A program made the translations under genes and the position numbers. Shown piece by piece: positions 18,162 through 27,739 of a DNA stretch of 60,019 bases. Below the pieces are notes generated by a model, which ran no database searches, was not told where the DNA came from, and saw only the letters and a list, made by a program, of their open reading frames with translations. Every line of letters starts with the position of its first letter. The stretch's first letter is position 1. The DNA is from a virus. Its lineage: Duplodnaviria; Caudoviricetes. Location of the stretch: positions 1 to 60,019 of the IMG/VR virus record IMGVR_UViG_3300015171_000004; one strand, given 5' to 3'.

Positions 18162-18702
18162 GTATCAATTCTACCGTGTTTATCATTAGCTCTATGGTGC
18201 CACTTAATGAAGACATGCGTATGATATCAGCAACGCTATCCTCCACCAGTTCAAAAGCGTACTCGGTGGATACCCGGCGTATGTCCTTGTGATAGTAGCG
18301 TAGTTTATCGTCCCTAGTCCATACTCCGTCAAGCTCCCCAGGTTGCATAAAGAGTCTCAGCACCTCATGCTGGCTTACTTCGTATAAGTGGGGCGTAGGC
18401 ACAACTATGGGGGCATACCGCGCTGACAGGGCCGCCAGCCACCTCTCACCATTGACGCGCCCGAAGTTGCTGATGTTGTCGTCAAAGGACTTCATGTTTC
18501 GTTCCACCTTGACGAATACGCCCTCCTCTAGTGGGAATTGAAACGACATTGCATCGTTATCAGCAACCACACAAAAGTTAGGAGTCCAGACGGCCAGACC
18601 AACCTGGGTTAATAGCGCGTACATGTCTTGAGATGCGAGCGTGTCAAGGATAATCTTCTCGACGGGGGAAACTTTCTGTCTCTTCGCCTTGTGAATAGCC
18701 AT
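18154..18702 (-). CDS. Hypothetical protein
   Basis: GGAGG RBS. Confidence 0.7.
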   Translation of the reverse strand: MAIHKAKRQKVSPVEKIILDTLASQDMYALLTQVGLAVWTPNFCVVADNDAMSFQFPLEEGVFVKVERNMKSFDDNISNFGRVNGERWLAALSARYAPIVVPTPHLYEVSQHEVLRLFMQPGELDGVWTRDDKLRYYHKDIRRVSTEYAFELVEDSVADIIRMSSLSGTIELMINTVELIQD

Positions 18703-19203
18703 TTATAGAACCTCCGCATGTTTTACGCCCACCGAATAGGCGTATGCTATGCTAATTGCGTCTGCCACGTCGTCGTCAACGCGCATCATGTATCGAGAGA
18801 ATGCAGCATCAATAACTGCCTGCTTATCGCACTTTCCGTTACCCGTAAACGCTTTGTGATGGGTGGTTGTGTTCACGACGTATACGGGCAGGTCTATCGT
18901 ATCTACGATGTGGTACGTCATTGCAAACAATGCTACCATAGTCTTGATGGAAGGAAAGCGCCTGGGTTCTTCCATAACGATAGCCTCTATGTCCCAGAAG
19001 TCCATAAGGTACATGACCTTCTCTGCCATGAGGGCGCGCTTCTGTTTGCGCGTTGCCTTCTTATGGTATTCTGTATCTGCCGTCTCTAGCACCTCCATAG
19101 AGACGGTATCGAACACACAAAAGCCCGCATGCGTGTAACTCTGATCTATTGCTGCTATCTTCATTTCAGTAACCTCTCGAAACGCTTTTCCGGATGGAAG
19201 CAA
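18703..19203 (-). CDS. ruvC: RuvC-like Holliday junction resolvase (likely start MKIAAID)
   Basis: IAAIDQS...GFCV, IVMEE, GNGKCDK, DDVADAISIA. Confidence 0.85.
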   Translation of the reverse strand: MLPSGKAFREVTEMKIAAIDQSYTHAGFCVFDTVSMEVLETADTEYHKKATRKQKRALMAEKVMYLMDFWDIEAIVMEEPRRFPSIKTMVALFAMTYHIVDTIDLPVYVVNTTTHHKAFTGNGKCDKQAVIDAAFSRYMMRVDDDVADAISIAYAYSVGVKHAEVL

Positions 19204-20021
19204 ACGTCTGACACTGGGCAGTTTTTAGCCCTACCGCTATTCTCATCTTTGCATACGCCCTTAACCAGTCGGTGGTTTATTTCATTCTCCTTTAGGCATC
19301 GTAGCAGGTCTTTAGAGCGTTGCACGTACGGCAGGACTAGTTCCCGGTCGTACTCTACTTCAAAGGCTAGGAAGTTTTGCGTGTTCTTATCCTCAAAGAT
19401 TAGCACGGCCTTATAAATTCCAGTAAGGTGCATGTACAGATTAGCCTGCCGCAGCGCGTCCTGGTACTTTGGGTTCATCTCAGGATTAGACGCTATCTTC
19501 TCGTATGTCTCATGTCCGTACCCCTTAATCTCGCATATGTATTGTTCACCGTCAACCTCTAATATGATATCTGGTGTAAACGAGAGGGCTATCTTTGACG
19601 GCTCATATTCAATGTGGTACCGCTTGCCAAGTCCAGTGATGTATCTGTATTCCCCTGGCAGGATCGATATGTTCGATAGACTGTCAAGGTTAATAAGGTG
19701 CTCCGTCTCATTGTATAGAGCCATCCCGGCGTCAAGTGCCAATTTCTGCCATTTTTCGTGAATTGTCCACCCCGCCAGGAATATCCGTAGCAGGGGCGCA
19801 TCAATCTCCGGCGTGTCGCGTTCGTACCTCGTCCCTAGAACATGTTCACGGTGGCAATACTTGCTAGTGCCTACGGTTGCGTGTGCCAATAGGCTAGAGG
19901 CGTGAAAACCGCTCCGCGCCCCCTTGTTGTCGTTCCAAACGTGAAACAATCCATCTAGCCTGCGCTTCCATAGTGCGTTCTTTATCACGTTTCCCATTAT
20001 TTGGTCTCGACATATTCCCAC
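19161..20021 (-). CDS. Cas4-like PD-(D/E)XK exonuclease
   Basis: YCHRE, G..IHE, TPDII...EIK, QANLYM, C-terminal Cys cluster. Confidence 0.8.
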   Translation of the reverse strand: MGICRDQIMGNVIKNALWKRRLDGLFHVWNDNKGARSGFHASSLLAHATVGTSKYCHREHVLGTRYERDTPEIDAPLLRIFLAGWTIHEKWQKLALDAGMALYNETEHLINLDSLSNISILPGEYRYITGLGKRYHIEYEPSKIALSFTPDIILEVDGEQYICEIKGYGHETYEKIASNPEMNPKYQDALRQANLYMHLTGIYKAVLIFEDKNTQNFLAFEVEYDRELVLPYVQRSKDLLRCLKENEINHRLVKGVCKDENSGRAKNCPVSDVCFHPEKRFERLLK

Positions 20022-20311
20022 GACTTGATAGAGCCGTGATTAACGAGGTAAGTGAGGATGGACTCCACAATAGGGCCGTCCTCAATATCCGCAACCAACA
20101 CGCGACCGACACGAGGAACGAGGATGCGCTTTTCAATCTTCAGCGCCTCAAATGGGTTGCTCCATGCCTTATCAATCTCTTCTCCATACATTTCGCGGGC
20201 TTTTTCTCCCAGGTCTTTTAGTGACAGGATGGACTCGTCAATCAAGTGACCCATCACTTTTAACTGTATCTCATCATCAACATTCATCTCGATTGCTATT
20301 TTACGTAACAT
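19997..20311 (-). CDS. Hypothetical protein
   Basis: AAGGA RBS after class II promoter. Confidence 0.7.
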   Translation of the reverse strand: MLRKIAIEMNVDDEIQLKVMGHLIDESILSLKDLGEKAREMYGEEIDKAWSNPFEALKIEKRILVPRVGRVLVADIEDGPIVESILTYLVNHGSIKSWEYVETK

Positions 20312-20351
20312 TTTTGTTTTCCTTTACTGATATCTACGTCTCTCTCTCTAA

Positions 20352-20381
20352 TACAAACGGATGCCGCGCCCTAGTTATTCC
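20352..20381 (-). promoter_or_regulatory. Class II promoter GGAATAA-N15-CGTTTGTA
   Basis: One of 8 copies with identical spacing. Confidence 0.75.
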
Positions 20382-20477
20382 ATCAAATGAGAGCCACGTA
20401 GAAGGGCCTTGCAAGGAAGAAACGTATAATCTACCGTCTCATCCCCACAAGGCCCTGTGTTGAGTCTCTCCTAAAGA

Positions 20478-23177
20478 CTACTTGCCATTCCTGGCTTTTG
20501 CCCTCGCTTGTTTCAGCTTTTGATAGAGCGTCTTGCAATATCGTCTGGATAATTCAACGATATCCTTATCGTCGAACACTAACGCGCCCGCTTTTTCCAG
20601 AACATCATAGGCACGCTCGTTTACCTGCCGCTTGGGGATAAGTGAACGCATATGCCCGGCACTCTCGTATGGACCCATCTCGATAATAGACCGCGCTGCC
20701 ACAGGCCCGATACCTGCTATGGAGGATATCCCCTTCTGTATCCACTTATCACCATCCTTGTCGGTCACTACCTGATAGTCGCTAGAGGAATTGACCGTTG
20801 CTATCATAATCGATACCCCGCTGTTTAGCGCGTCAAGTTCGTACTCTATGCGCTTCACTTCTTTCTCTTCAGACATTAGCAGGGCGCAGTAGTACTCCAC
20901 AGGGTGGTAGTGTTTCAGGTATGCCGTATAGTAGGAGAATAGCCCGTACCCAACGGCGTGCGCTTTCTTGAACCCATAGAGAGACAAGCAATCGAACATG
21001 TCCTGGGCGTTCTCATCACTTAGGCCGCGCCCCTTTAGGCCCGCAAGCATTTTGTCCTGCAACCCCTTGTACTGGCCTATCGTCTTTTTCGAGACCGCTT
21101 TGATTAGCTTGTCGGTCTCTTGCCTATCAAGTCCAGCCCACAAACAAAGTTTAATAATGTGGTCGCTATACAGGAATACGCCGTACGTGTCTGGCGCTAT
21201 CTCCATTTCATAGCTGGGTATATCCGCTCTATCAACTCCGTCAAGCAGGCGCTCGGCATATTTATCTAGGTATCCGAAGGCTAGCGGACCCGGCCTATTG
21301 ATGCCATTCAGTGCGAATATGTCCATATCCGTTTGTGGAGACACCTGATAAGCGTACTCCTTAGCCTGGCGGCTATCGAATTGGAACACGCCCGTTAGTA
21401 TGCCCTCTCTGAAGTCATTCAGTACGGCGTCGTCATTGCGTATAGAGTAGATGTCGTATTTCTTCCCTATCATCTTCTCACAGTTCGCTACGGTATCCAG
21501 CGTGCCAAGACCCAACACATCAAACTTGACGATACCGATATGTCCCAGGTCGTTCAGGTCAAAAGCAGTTTGCAGTCCATTCTTGCTATGCTGCAAAGGT
21601 ACCATTGTATCAATGTCCTTGGTTGCAATGGCTATGCCTGCTGGGTGCATTCCAATGTATCGCACCTGTCCATACAGGCGTACGAAGTGGGTGACTGCCT
21701 TGCACTCTTGCTCGGCGTCCCTTAACGCGCCCGCAGTCATAAGGTACGACCGCAGGGTTATCTTATCCATGTCACTGCTTGTTTTCCCCTCCAACATTGC
21801 GTCAAGGCGCATCTTGAATGCACGCCCTTCGTCCTCTGACATCTCTAGGGCTTTCACCAGATCGTTAGCAAGGTTTTTCACCTGATAGTATCCGTACGTG
21901 GATATCTGCGCGGCCCGCCCCTCATACTTGCGCATGATGTAGGCAACAACCTCGCCACGACGTGACCGGGGAAAGTCCATATCAATGTCAGGCGTTGTCT
22001 CCTTATCCTCTCGCAAGAATGTATCGAACGGGATATCATATAGGATAGGGTCTATTTCTGTCACACCGATAGCAAAAGCCAGCAGAGAGCCACACACGGA
22101 CCCGCGCCCGAAGTTGGCACGTATCCCGTTGTCTCTTGCGAACTTGTACAGGTCATAGCAGAGAAGGAAGTAGTCAATGAATCCCTTTTTCATGACCGTG
22201 TTAAATTCGTACGCTAGCCTATCCCGGTATACCTTGTTGGCGTCTCCAACATATAGGCCCGCCCGCTTTAGGCCATTCTTACAGATGTTATACAGCTTTG
22301 TCTTGCTATCCTCTCCCCATTCAAGGCTAGGGATTTCTTCCTTATTGAAGATGTCCACCAAATCGCACTTATCGGCTATGCGGTCGGTCTCAGCGATACA
22401 AGCAACGTCGTCACAACTATAGGGAGTATCCCCCATAAGTTCCTGCCAAGCACACACCAACTCAATCTCGTTGCCTATGTGTCGGTTATGGTACGTCGCT
22501 TCGTCCATCGTCTTGTTTCCCATCTTCATCATTAGTTGATGGGTCTCTTCTTCTTCCTTGCGTATGAAGTGGCTATCCTGGGTCATGACTCCCTTGACGC
22601 CGTGCTTTTTCCCTAGCTCTAGTACTTTTCCGTTGACCATCTTCTGATGGCCTGTCTCATCTCCGTACGGTTGCACCTCCATATAGAAGTTATCGCCAAA
22701 CAGTTTCTTGAACGCCGCAGTGGACTTATCGGCAAGTTCATCCTGGCCGTTCAGGATGGCCTGGGGGATGAATGCGCCTAAGCATCCACTAGTGACTATC
22801 AGTCCCTTACTAAAGCGCTTCAACAAGTCCCAGGTGATGATAGGGTGATAGTAGTATTGTGTCTCAGAAGCGATAGAGACCATTTGACATAGGTTCTTGT
22901 ATCCCTCCAACGTCTGACATAGAACGGTCATGTGATAACGTTTGTGTTCCTTGTCAGGGTGGAATGTATGCTGCCAGTATATTTCGCATCCGTGTATCCA
23001 CTTGATACCTGCCGCCTGACAACCCAGCTGGTGTCGGACTAGTCCAGACATGGTGCCGTGGTCTGTGTTTGCTAGGGCGTTTAGTCCCTGATCTTTGGCA
23101 TGTTGGGCCGCCTCTTCACACGTACCCATTCCATCAAAGTTTGAAAAGCAACTATGTTTATGCAGTGCACTAGCCAT
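20478..23177 (-). CDS. dnaE: DNA polymerase III alpha subunit (phage DnaE)
   Basis: PHP domain LHKHSCFS..DG and TDHG; GRGSVCGS; PDIDMDF; HPAGI; KFDVLGL; YGFKKAHA. Confidence 0.97.
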   Translation of the reverse strand: MASALHKHSCFSNFDGMGTCEEAAQHAKDQGLNALANTDHGTMSGLVRHQLGCQAAGIKWIHGCEIYWQHTFHPDKEHKRYHMTVLCQTLEGYKNLCQMVSIASETQYYYHPIITWDLLKRFSKGLIVTSGCLGAFIPQAILNGQDELADKSTAAFKKLFGDNFYMEVQPYGDETGHQKMVNGKVLELGKKHGVKGVMTQDSHFIRKEEEETHQLMMKMGNKTMDEATYHNRHIGNEIELVCAWQELMGDTPYSCDDVACIAETDRIADKCDLVDIFNKEEIPSLEWGEDSKTKLYNICKNGLKRAGLYVGDANKVYRDRLAYEFNTVMKKGFIDYFLLCYDLYKFARDNGIRANFGRGSVCGSLLAFAIGVTEIDPILYDIPFDTFLREDKETTPDIDMDFPRSRRGEVVAYIMRKYEGRAAQISTYGYYQVKNLANDLVKALEMSEDEGRAFKMRLDAMLEGKTSSDMDKITLRSYLMTAGALRDAEQECKAVTHFVRLYGQVRYIGMHPAGIAIATKDIDTMVPLQHSKNGLQTAFDLNDLGHIGIVKFDVLGLGTLDTVANCEKMIGKKYDIYSIRNDDAVLNDFREGILTGVFQFDSRQAKEYAYQVSPQTDMDIFALNGINRPGPLAFGYLDKYAERLLDGVDRADIPSYEMEIAPDTYGVFLYSDHIIKLCLWAGLDRQETDKLIKAVSKKTIGQYKGLQDKMLAGLKGRGLSDENAQDMFDCLSLYGFKKAHAVGYGLFSYYTAYLKHYHPVEYYCALLMSEEKEVKRIEYELDALNSGVSIMIATVNSSSDYQVVTDKDGDKWIQKGISSIAGIGPVAARSIIEMGPYESAGHMRSLIPKRQVNERAYDVLEKAGALVFDDKDIVELSRRYCKTLYQKLKQARAKARNGK

Positions 23178-23604
23178 TATTTTTCCATTCCTTTACATTT
23201 TCGTCAAGCCAACTATCTCGTAACTCAATTAGAGCCACAATATTTTTAGACTCTCTAGTTATTCGCTTTTCACCGTGTCTTACTTGCAGTATGTAAGACC
23301 CCCTAGATTCCCTATAGTGTATGTTTTTATGCCCCGTCTTATTGTTGGCTTGTTTGGGCCTGTTCATCATGTTAAGGGCCTTGGTAGCCAGTCTTAGGTT
23401 ACATCTGCGGTTATCTAATTTATCATTATTTATGTGGTCAATCTGGTAATCAGAAATTTCGCCAAACATGCGCTCCGCTATCACGCGATGAAGCATGACG
23501 TGCTTACCTTTTTTCTTTGTCTCGGCATATCCGCGCCTACAAGCATACACGTTGCTAGCATACAGGTCTGCGTCAATCTCATCAAACTTAAATCTTTCGT
23601 CCAT
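23170..23604 (-). CDS. Free-standing HNH homing endonuclease
   Basis: LHRVI...IDHINNDKLDNRRCNLRLAT...N. Confidence 0.92.
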   Translation of the reverse strand: MDERFKFDEIDADLYASNVYACRRGYAETKKKGKHVMLHRVIAERMFGEISDYQIDHINNDKLDNRRCNLRLATKALNMMNRPKQANNKTGHKNIHYRESRGSYILQVRHGEKRITRESKNIVALIELRDSWLDENVKEWKNNG

Positions 23605-23624
23605 TATATTTATCTCCTTAATAA

Positions 23625-23654
23625 TATTAACGGTTGTCGCGGAGCAAATATTCC
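23625..23654 (-). promoter_or_regulatory. Class II promoter GGAATAT-N15-CGTTAATA
   Basis: Motif with 15-bp spacer. Confidence 0.7.
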
Positions 23655-23685
23655 CCCACCTCGTGAGAAGCGGGGGGGCTTAGTA

Positions 23686-24132
23686 CTATTGGTTTTCGCT
23701 GGCTAGCCGCTCTTCTTCAATCTGAATGAGGTACTTGATATAGAACTCTGCCTTGCGCAAGTCCTTTAGGCCATCTTTGCGCCGCCAACGGCTAACGTAT
23801 TTAACCACGTTTCCTTCGCTGAATGAAAGTTTGTTCAGTTCGCTAAAGTCAATTGACCGGATAACTTCGGCCTTGTAGTGGTCGCTGTGGGGTGCGCTTG
23901 CTAACAGTTCGTCGTGCTTGCTGGTTGGTTGTTTCTCCACTTTTGTTTCTCCTTTATCGTTGTATGCTGCTACGATATCAACAAGATATCGCTCTTCTAC
24001 GCCCGCCGTACCAGTCCATGACAGACCGATTTCAAATGTATCGCTGACATAATTGTACCAGTAGCGAGCGCCCGCAACCGCTGCGGCGTTTTGTACGTCT
24101 GCTATCGTTGGTCGTGACATTGTTTTCTCCAT
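23686..24132 (-). CDS. DUF3310-domain protein
   Basis: HY...F.EGNVVKYVSRWRRKDGLKDLRKAEFYI. Confidence 0.85.
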   Translation of the reverse strand: MEKTMSRPTIADVQNAAAVAGARYWYNYVSDTFEIGLSWTGTAGVEERYLVDIVAAYNDKGETKVEKQPTSKHDELLASAPHSDHYKAEVIRSIDFSELNKLSFSEGNVVKYVSRWRRKDGLKDLRKAEFYIKYLIQIEEERLASENQ

Positions 24133-24159
24133 ATGGGGCGCGTCCCTGCGCCTCGTTAA

Positions 24160-24990
24160 CTAGTCTTCGTCCTCGAAACTAATTTCGTCGGATGTTTCAA
24201 CCTTTGGCGCTGGCTTGGCACGTTTTACAGGAGCTTTCTTTTCCGGCTGTAAGCTTTCCGGTACCTCAACCTCAACTCCTTCGTCGTCGTCATGTACGAC
24301 TACTGCTGGCGCGTTCTTGCGCTTGTTGACGGCGCTTGCAATCGCGTTACCTGCATGCGCTTCGTCCTTCTTCTCAGAAGGTTTCACAATGCTATCGGCA
24401 GGAACGTACTCCATAGCCTTTGCAAGTTCAGGACCACGCGCCAACACGAGAGAACGGATGATTGCCTCTTCTTTTGGTGCCTTGACTTTACCCTCAAACT
24501 GGAAGGGGGTTTCTTTCAGGCTAGGGGTGATGGAATAATCCATGCCGTTCAACTTGATAGTGAAGTCACGACCAACCAATGAGCCAGCCTCTTCGTACAG
24601 GTCAAACAGTTTCCCGGCAAGCGTCTTAGGGTTGTTTTTGCCGGTCACTAGACGTACCATGTTTTCCTCATAATCCCAAACAGGCCAAATGTACAGGAAT
24701 GTATTGTTGCGTGTCTGGCGGTCGGTGCTATCGCAATATTCGCACGTCTCGAAATCAAAGTGTTCGTCTTTCCAGCATGGCGTAGAAATTCCGTATTCAC
24801 CATACTCTTTGTTTTTGGACTTGTGCCACTTCATAACAATGCCGCCGTCAAAGTCAGTCAGGAAACGTACCCGGCTTTTCCCGGTCTCTTTGTTCGCACG
24901 GAACTCTACCTTCCATAAGAGGACTCCGCCAGTATCTTGTGATTTCTGTTTAGCCTGCTCCGCAGCGAACATTTGTGCAAGTGATGCCAT
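24160..24990 (-). CDS. Single-stranded DNA-binding protein (gp32-like)
   Basis: RVRFL, Zn ligands H..C..CEYC, GRDFTIK, acidic C-terminal tail. Confidence 0.8.
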   Translation of the reverse strand: MASLAQMFAAEQAKQKSQDTGGVLLWKVEFRANKETGKSRVRFLTDFDGGIVMKWHKSKNKEYGEYGISTPCWKDEHFDFETCEYCDSTDRQTRNNTFLYIWPVWDYEENMVRLVTGKNNPKTLAGKLFDLYEEAGSLVGRDFTIKLNGMDYSITPSLKETPFQFEGKVKAPKEEAIIRSLVLARGPELAKAMEYVPADSIVKPSEKKDEAHAGNAIASAVNKRKNAPAVVVHDDDEGVEVEVPESLQPEKKAPVKRAKPAPKVETSDEISFEDED

Positions 24991-24994
24991 GATT

Positions 24995-25450
24995 TTAGCT
25001 CTCTTTCTTTCTTGTGTTCTTGAATTCCCCAGCAACTGCTGTAAGGAAGTTATCTCTCTCTTCTATAAGTCTGTTTAGGTCTTTAGAGACCCTAACTAGT
25101 TTTTGCCCCGATATCCTAACCTGTAGGACGTATTTTTGTATCTTGCTATCGAAGTGTATGTTTTTTATTCCTAGCCTGTTATCCTTGTGTGTCGTTGTAT
25201 TCATGCAATTCTGTTTGCGTGTCGCTAGTCTCAGGTTGCATCTACGATTGTCAAGTTTATCACCGTTTATGTGGTCTATGTCAAGACCTATGCAAGAATC
25301 GTAACCAAAAATCTCCTCTCCTGTCTCTCTGTGAACATAGACGCCCGCCCACTTCCCACATTCCCAAGACACTCTCTGCGCATATCCGCTAGGTGTCATT
25401 CTTACGCAACCTTCGTATTTTTTGGCGTCTATCTCGTCATACCTAAGCAT
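24995..25450 (-). CDS. Free-standing HNH homing endonuclease
   Basis: IDHINGDKLDNRRCNLRLATRKQN. Confidence 0.92.
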   Translation of the reverse strand: MLRYDEIDAKKYEGCVRMTPSGYAQRVSWECGKWAGVYVHRETGEEIFGYDSCIGLDIDHINGDKLDNRRCNLRLATRKQNCMNTTTHKDNRLGIKNIHFDSKIQKYVLQVRISGQKLVRVSKDLNRLIEERDNFLTAVAGEFKNTRKKES

Positions 25451-25501
25451 TTTTCTACCTCCTCGTTTCGTTTCCCGTCCGCCGCGCTCCCCTTACATTA
25501 A

Positions 25502-25531
25502 TACTAACGTTTGGGGTATCCGGATTATTCC
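25502..25531 (-). promoter_or_regulatory. Class II promoter GGAATAA-N15-CGTTAGTA
   Basis: Its TAA is also the primase stop codon. Confidence 0.8.
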
Positions 25532-26475
25532 ACCAATTCGTAAGAAGTTTCTACGCAGTGCTTCATCTCCTCTCTAGACTCAATTTCTCCCAAGTCATTT
25601 CTCCCACCGAAGTAGAAGCGCGTGACCGGGATGCTGGGGGCGTTCTTCTCAAACCACTGTCTAGCTACCCTATACCCACGCTCCCCCGCCGTATCGTTGT
25701 CTGTGCTCCATAGAACACCGCTAGCGTACGACGCTATCTTCTTTAGTTGTGGCTCCGATGGAGTGCAGCCAAGAATGCACGCCGTGTTTTTGTATCCGTT
25801 CTGGTATGCCTTAATCCGGTCAAACATTCCCTCGGCAACAATCACGCGCTTACCAGCTACCAATGTTCCCGGCAGCGTCGTCTCTTTAATGAGTCCCAGA
25901 TTGTTCTTGTATTTTCTGTCCTTTACATCGTCAACGCGCCGCGCCACGTATCCCTTAAAGTTTCCCTGTTCAATCAGGGGAATGACGATGGGATTAGTGC
26001 TAGTGTCGTTTGTGCGTATGTGGAACGCCCGCTGCGTCTCGTATGACACGCCCCTATCACTTAGGTAGGGTATCGGTGCCTGCGGTTTCATGAGGCTCTT
26101 ATAGAACCTGTATACGTCGTCTAGCTCCTCTATCGGTTGTTGGCGTATCGATCTGGTAACACTGCTTTGCATTTTGCCGTCGTACTTTGCTATCTCAACT
26201 CCTGATAGCGAACGATGCGCCCGCAGGATTGCTTGCATGATAGAAAGATGTGGGTTTTCCTCTATCTCGTATCTTGCGATAAGTTCTAGGATGTCCCCCT
26301 CTTCGTTACAGGCCATACACCGAAAACTTCCATACGTCATATTGATGGATAGGCTTGGCGTGTTGTCGTCATGGAAGGGGCATATGATAGCAACGAAGTC
26401 CTTGTGTTCATCCCTCTCTTGTATAATGCCCCTGTCAATCAGGATGTCACTTAGTAGCATGTCCAGTCCCTCCAA
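25525..26475 (-). CDS. dnaG: DNA primase (CHC2 Zn finger plus TOPRIM)
   Basis: CPFHDDNTPS...CMAC; VAEGMFD; DNDTAG. Confidence 0.93.
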   Translation of the reverse strand: MEGLDMLLSDILIDRGIIQERDEHKDFVAIICPFHDDNTPSLSINMTYGSFRCMACNEEGDILELIARYEIEENPHLSIMQAILRAHRSLSGVEIAKYDGKMQSSVTRSIRQQPIEELDDVYRFYKSLMKPQAPIPYLSDRGVSYETQRAFHIRTNDTSTNPIVIPLIEQGNFKGYVARRVDDVKDRKYKNNLGLIKETTLPGTLVAGKRVIVAEGMFDRIKAYQNGYKNTACILGCTPSEPQLKKIASYASGVLWSTDNDTAGERGYRVARQWFEKNAPSIPVTRFYFGGRNDLGEIESREEMKHCVETSYELVE

Positions 26476-26651
26476 TGGGGAACGTATTCACCTAGTATCT
26501 GGCTCTCTAGGACGATGTGCGCATGCCCCCTGGCAATAATGACATACTTTTGTTCCTCTAGCTCTTCTCGCTTCATGACCTGCACAATAGAGCCGCTTCG
26601 GGCGCAGTCACAATCCCTAGCGAATACTACTCTGTCTCCGATGTCGTACAT
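26451..26651 (-). CDS. Hypothetical protein
   Basis: AAGGAG RBS. Confidence 0.6.
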   Translation of the reverse strand: MYDIGDRVVFARDCDCARSGSIVQVMKREELEEQKYVIIARGHAHIVLESQILGEYVPHWRDWTCY

Positions 26652-27410
26652 TCTGATATCTCCTTTTTAACTCTCTCTATCCTCTCGCATCCACGCACGA
26701 AGTAAGCTTCGTCTTTTTCAAATGCGAGATACTTTCTATTTGTTAACAGACATGCATGAACCGTTGACATACTACCTGCGCAACTATCGAGAACTAAATC
26801 CCCCTCATTGGTATAGGTTTTCAACAGGTATTCCAGCAATGGTACAGCTTTTCTCGTGGGGTGCCAGGCGTCAAGTCCATTGTTTGGATTAGCGAACTTT
26901 AGCACGCTGCGGGGATATCGTTCGTCGCTCTCCGTAACCCTACCTACCCTGTCCTGTTTTCCGTAGTTTGTGCTGTTGTCGATGCCCGCGACCTTCCTGT
27001 ACGGCTCTCCCTTTGTCATTTGTGGGTTGTACGTTGGGAGATGTTTGTAGAAGACTAGTATCTCTTCGTGGGCTTTTAGTGGTGCTTTCTTAGCATTCAG
27101 GTGACCCACAGCCATCGTCTTTTCCCATATGAGATTATACCTAAGCATCTCTAGGTTAGACGCACCCAGGACTATGCTAAATGGCACCTGCGCGAATAAG
27201 ACGATAGCACCATTGTCTTTTATCACCCTCTTGTATTGCGCCCACAATGCATCTAGAGGGATAACGCTGTCCCAGGAGTTGCGTGTGGTGCCGTCAATAG
27301 GGCAAATCAGTCAATATCATGTCAATTGATTTGCTAGGTACTAGTGGCAGAAGCTCTAAGCAGTCTCCGTTATAGCAAGCGTTACGACGTAATTTACTAA
27401 TTTGCCCCAT
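26627..27410 (-). CDS. Beta-class N6/N4 DNA methyltransferase split by TGA and a frame change after DLPY (recoded gene or pseudogene)
   Basis: GGAGG RBS, ATG 27410, ...GDCLELL...SIDMILTDLPY then TGA 27294-27296; other frame continues GTTRNSWD...HPTRK...VLDSCAGS. Confidence 0.88.
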
Positions 27411-27666
27411 TTTTTCCTCCTTTCATTATGCTATCGATAAACAAACTACTTTGACTAGAGGTTGACTTCTTGAATTCTTCCCATTCTTCCATTAGTATAC
27501 TCCGTCTCTATCCGATGCCCGGGGGCGTCGGTGGTATCGTATCATTTGCCAGAATGGTATGTGTATGCTCTCACTACCAATGTACCATACATACATCCTA
27601 ATTGCTATCCATATCCTATATGGACTGAATAGGGGTTCATCTTCCATAGATTTCTCCTCTCACGAA

Positions 27667-27696
27667 TACTAACGTTTGCCAGGGGTAAATTATTCC
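27667..27696 (-). promoter_or_regulatory. Class II promoter GGAATAA-N15-CGTTAGTA
   Basis: Motif with 15-bp spacer. Confidence 0.8.
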
Positions 27697-27697
27697 A

Positions 27698-27730
27698 AAT
27701 AAAGAACCCGTAAGCAGAAACTTACGGGCC
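27698..27730 (-). terminator. Intrinsic terminator
   Basis: CCCGTAAG/CTTACGGG stem followed by TTCTTTATT. Confidence 0.6.
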
Positions 27731-27739
27731 TTGTGTGCG

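Noticed and set aside
19161-20021. CRISPR-Cas system suggested by the Cas4-like gene
   Set aside because: No repeat-spacer array or other cas genes seen; solo Cas4-like nucleases are common in phage replication modules
20478-23177. Intein in DnaE (also checked in terminase)
   Set aside because: Lengths and motif spacing leave no room; no splice-junction motifs noticed
23170-25450. Group I introns carrying the HNH genes
   Set aside because: dnaE and SSB appear to start intact after each HNH; no interrupted host gene
26627-27410. Assigning AGTACT as the methyltransferase target
   Set aside because: Specificity cannot be read from sequence; kept only as a test suggestion
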